64,000 nucleotides of DNA, from the NCBI RefSeq assembly GCF_009914755.1, contig NC_060926.1; one strand, given 5' to 3'. The notes under the pieces are model-generated. The model was not told the origin of the DNA and did not search any database. It saw only the letters and a program-made list of their open reading frames with translations. Positions 62,167-64,000 of this stretch are shown here, one piece after another. Both the position numbers and the translations under genes were made by a program. Each line of letters opens with the position of its first letter. Position 1 is the first letter of the stretch. The stretch is from the human T2T-CHM13v2.0 reference genome, Homo sapiens.

Positions 62167-62301
62167 TTTGTGTGTGTGTGTGTGGTTTTAAGGAGCAGAG
62201 AGTTTAATAGGCAAGAAGTGAAGGGAGAAGACAGAAGGAAGAAGCTCCCTTGTACAGAGACAGAGGGAGGGGGGCTCCAAAGCCGAAAGAGGAGGTCCCC
62301 C
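62167..62301 (-). mobile_element. Retroposed ERV1 LTR R-segment (LTR10F-like) with tail and TSD
   Basis: Minus strand GGCTTTGGAGCCCCCCTCCCTCTGTCTCTGTAC..CTTGCCTATTAAACTCTCTGCTCCTTAAAACC then a (CA)n/A tail; 12-bp TSD TTGTTTTGTTTC (62155-62166 / 62304-62315). Confidence 0.75.
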
Positions 62302-64000
62302 TGTTGTTTTGTTTCATTAGAGTGCCATGTCTTTCTTCCTTCTTGAGTTGAACTCTAGAAATAAAGATGTTATATCATGGACACAGAAATGTGCTCAACT
62401 CTAATGAAGATTGTATTATTATTATCATTTTTTTACAGTGAGACTGTAGTGTGCCTTAACTACACCAGCTGTTAATTGTATTTTTTTAAGTCCTTCTGAT
62501 ATTCATTTGAAATGCATTTTATAACTCATCTGGTAACCTTGCTGCTAACCAACAATTATAGTCTGACATTTGAATACAAAGAATTTGGGACAAGCCACAG
62601 TTGTACATGGAAACTTTTAAAACAATGTCTCCCTTAATATATTCCTTAGTGAAAAACATTGTGAAGAAATGATTATAGCCTCACTAAATTCTGACATGCT
62701 GAAAAAATGTCTGTTCATTCTTTGAAAATTTCTACCAACTTAGTGATTGTGAATTGAGAAAACAATAGTAATAAAACAGCCACAGGCTACACCAGGGAGC
62801 CAACCGTTCCTCCACTCCACCCTGTTCACAAACTTGACACAGCCTGGACCAATATTAATTCCAACTGTTTGAGGTGGACAGTGAGTGGGTGCCATTCACA
62901 ATGTGGTTTCTTCGGAGACTGAAGAATCTGGAATCAAATTGATAGGATTATTAGAGTCTGAAGCAGGCTGCTATGGGCAGTTGTGGGTTTTTGTACTTAG
63001 GCACCAGGCCGAGTAGGCAAGTGTGAGCTGGAATCTAGCCCTGGTACTGCTTGCCAAGCTGCATGCCCCAGCCTGGGGCTGCATCAGCCGAGAGGAAAGG
63101 GCCATTCTGCAATTCATCTGCCAGGGTGGAGTGCCTTTTTGTAACTTGCACAAAGATATACTGTGCGCTAGAGGTGGCCTTGGCTGGAAATAACTGTTGT
63201 GGGAGATCCTGTCTTCCCCATTGCTATTGTGTATATGAAACACTCCTGGACTCTAACAACCCCTTCATTAACCCACCCCTATTAGTGAGAGGAGAGATGA
63301 GTTATCGATCTGATGGCAGAGTCTTGAAGGAGAAACTAAACATGGGCAGCTCTATCCCTTTTCCTGTCTTTCTCTCTTTAGGGAACTAGCTGCCCATAGA
63401 CAGCATACATCCTCTAGGTGTATGCAGGAGGTAAGGAAAGGAGGGATGAGAGGCCTGACCCAGTGGTCTTGGAAATTAGAGTCTAATTCCAGGAAACTCA
63501 GCTGCACATCTCTCCCAACCTTGCTTTCTTCAGTAAGTAAGGTTCTAATTTGGCCCCCATCTGCTTACTTCTTTGTCTTATTTTTTTAGTTGCTTTAGAA
63601 TTCAGGAAAAGGGGTGCTATTTATTGAGCTTCCAAGAAGATCTTAGAGACCATATAATTCCCCATTTCCCTCCACACCCACACTTATAACAGAATTGTTC
63701 GTTCCAGCAAAAGCCACGAACTAGTGGGCCATTGGCCAAGTGTAGCCTACATCATATTTTGTTTGGCACAGAGAGTGTCTTTTGAAAATAATTGCACCAA
63801 CATTTAAAAATGAGAGGTTGCATGTGCACATCAAGAATTCTGACCTTTCTTAAAAAATAAAATTGGAAAATCTGGCCACATCAGTCCTGCCTCTCCACAT
63901 GGCAACAATCAGCTAGAGTTGTACTCCCATTTCCATGGAGCATTTACTCTCGTTTTCCTCTGTCTTCTCCATTCTCTTTTGGCTCATGGGCTAAGGCTGG

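Overview
AT-rich, CpG-depleted primate (human-like) non-coding genomic DNA, probably an intron of a large gene or a regulatory gene desert. The host gene cannot be identified from sequence alone. No protein-coding gene, functional RNA gene, CRISPR array or prokaryotic system is supported; the ORF track is noise from repeats and microsatellites. The window contains only 4 Alus and two short L1PA 3' ends. It also has several solo LTRs (MLT2A2, THE1, MER31/67-like, MLT1, LTR16-like), hAT MITEs (MER33, MER5A1, MER20, MER81) and many ancient MIR/L2 fragments, with repeat-free, motif-rich stretches between them that may be enhancers. Repeat family names come from remembered consensus sequences, not a database search. 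I found no new biological system. The best observations are: (1) an L1PA insertion carrying a ~185-bp 3' transduction with its own AATAAA, second tail and 11-bp TSD; (2) an ERV LTR R-segment apparently retroposed SINE-style with a long TSD; (3) a ~1.5-kb collinear CR1/L3-type ORF2 fossil; (4) several templated-insertion/template-switch scars and perfected palindromes; (5) a perfect double AP-1/ARE palindrome and a STAT/AP-1/NFI/SOX motif cluster.
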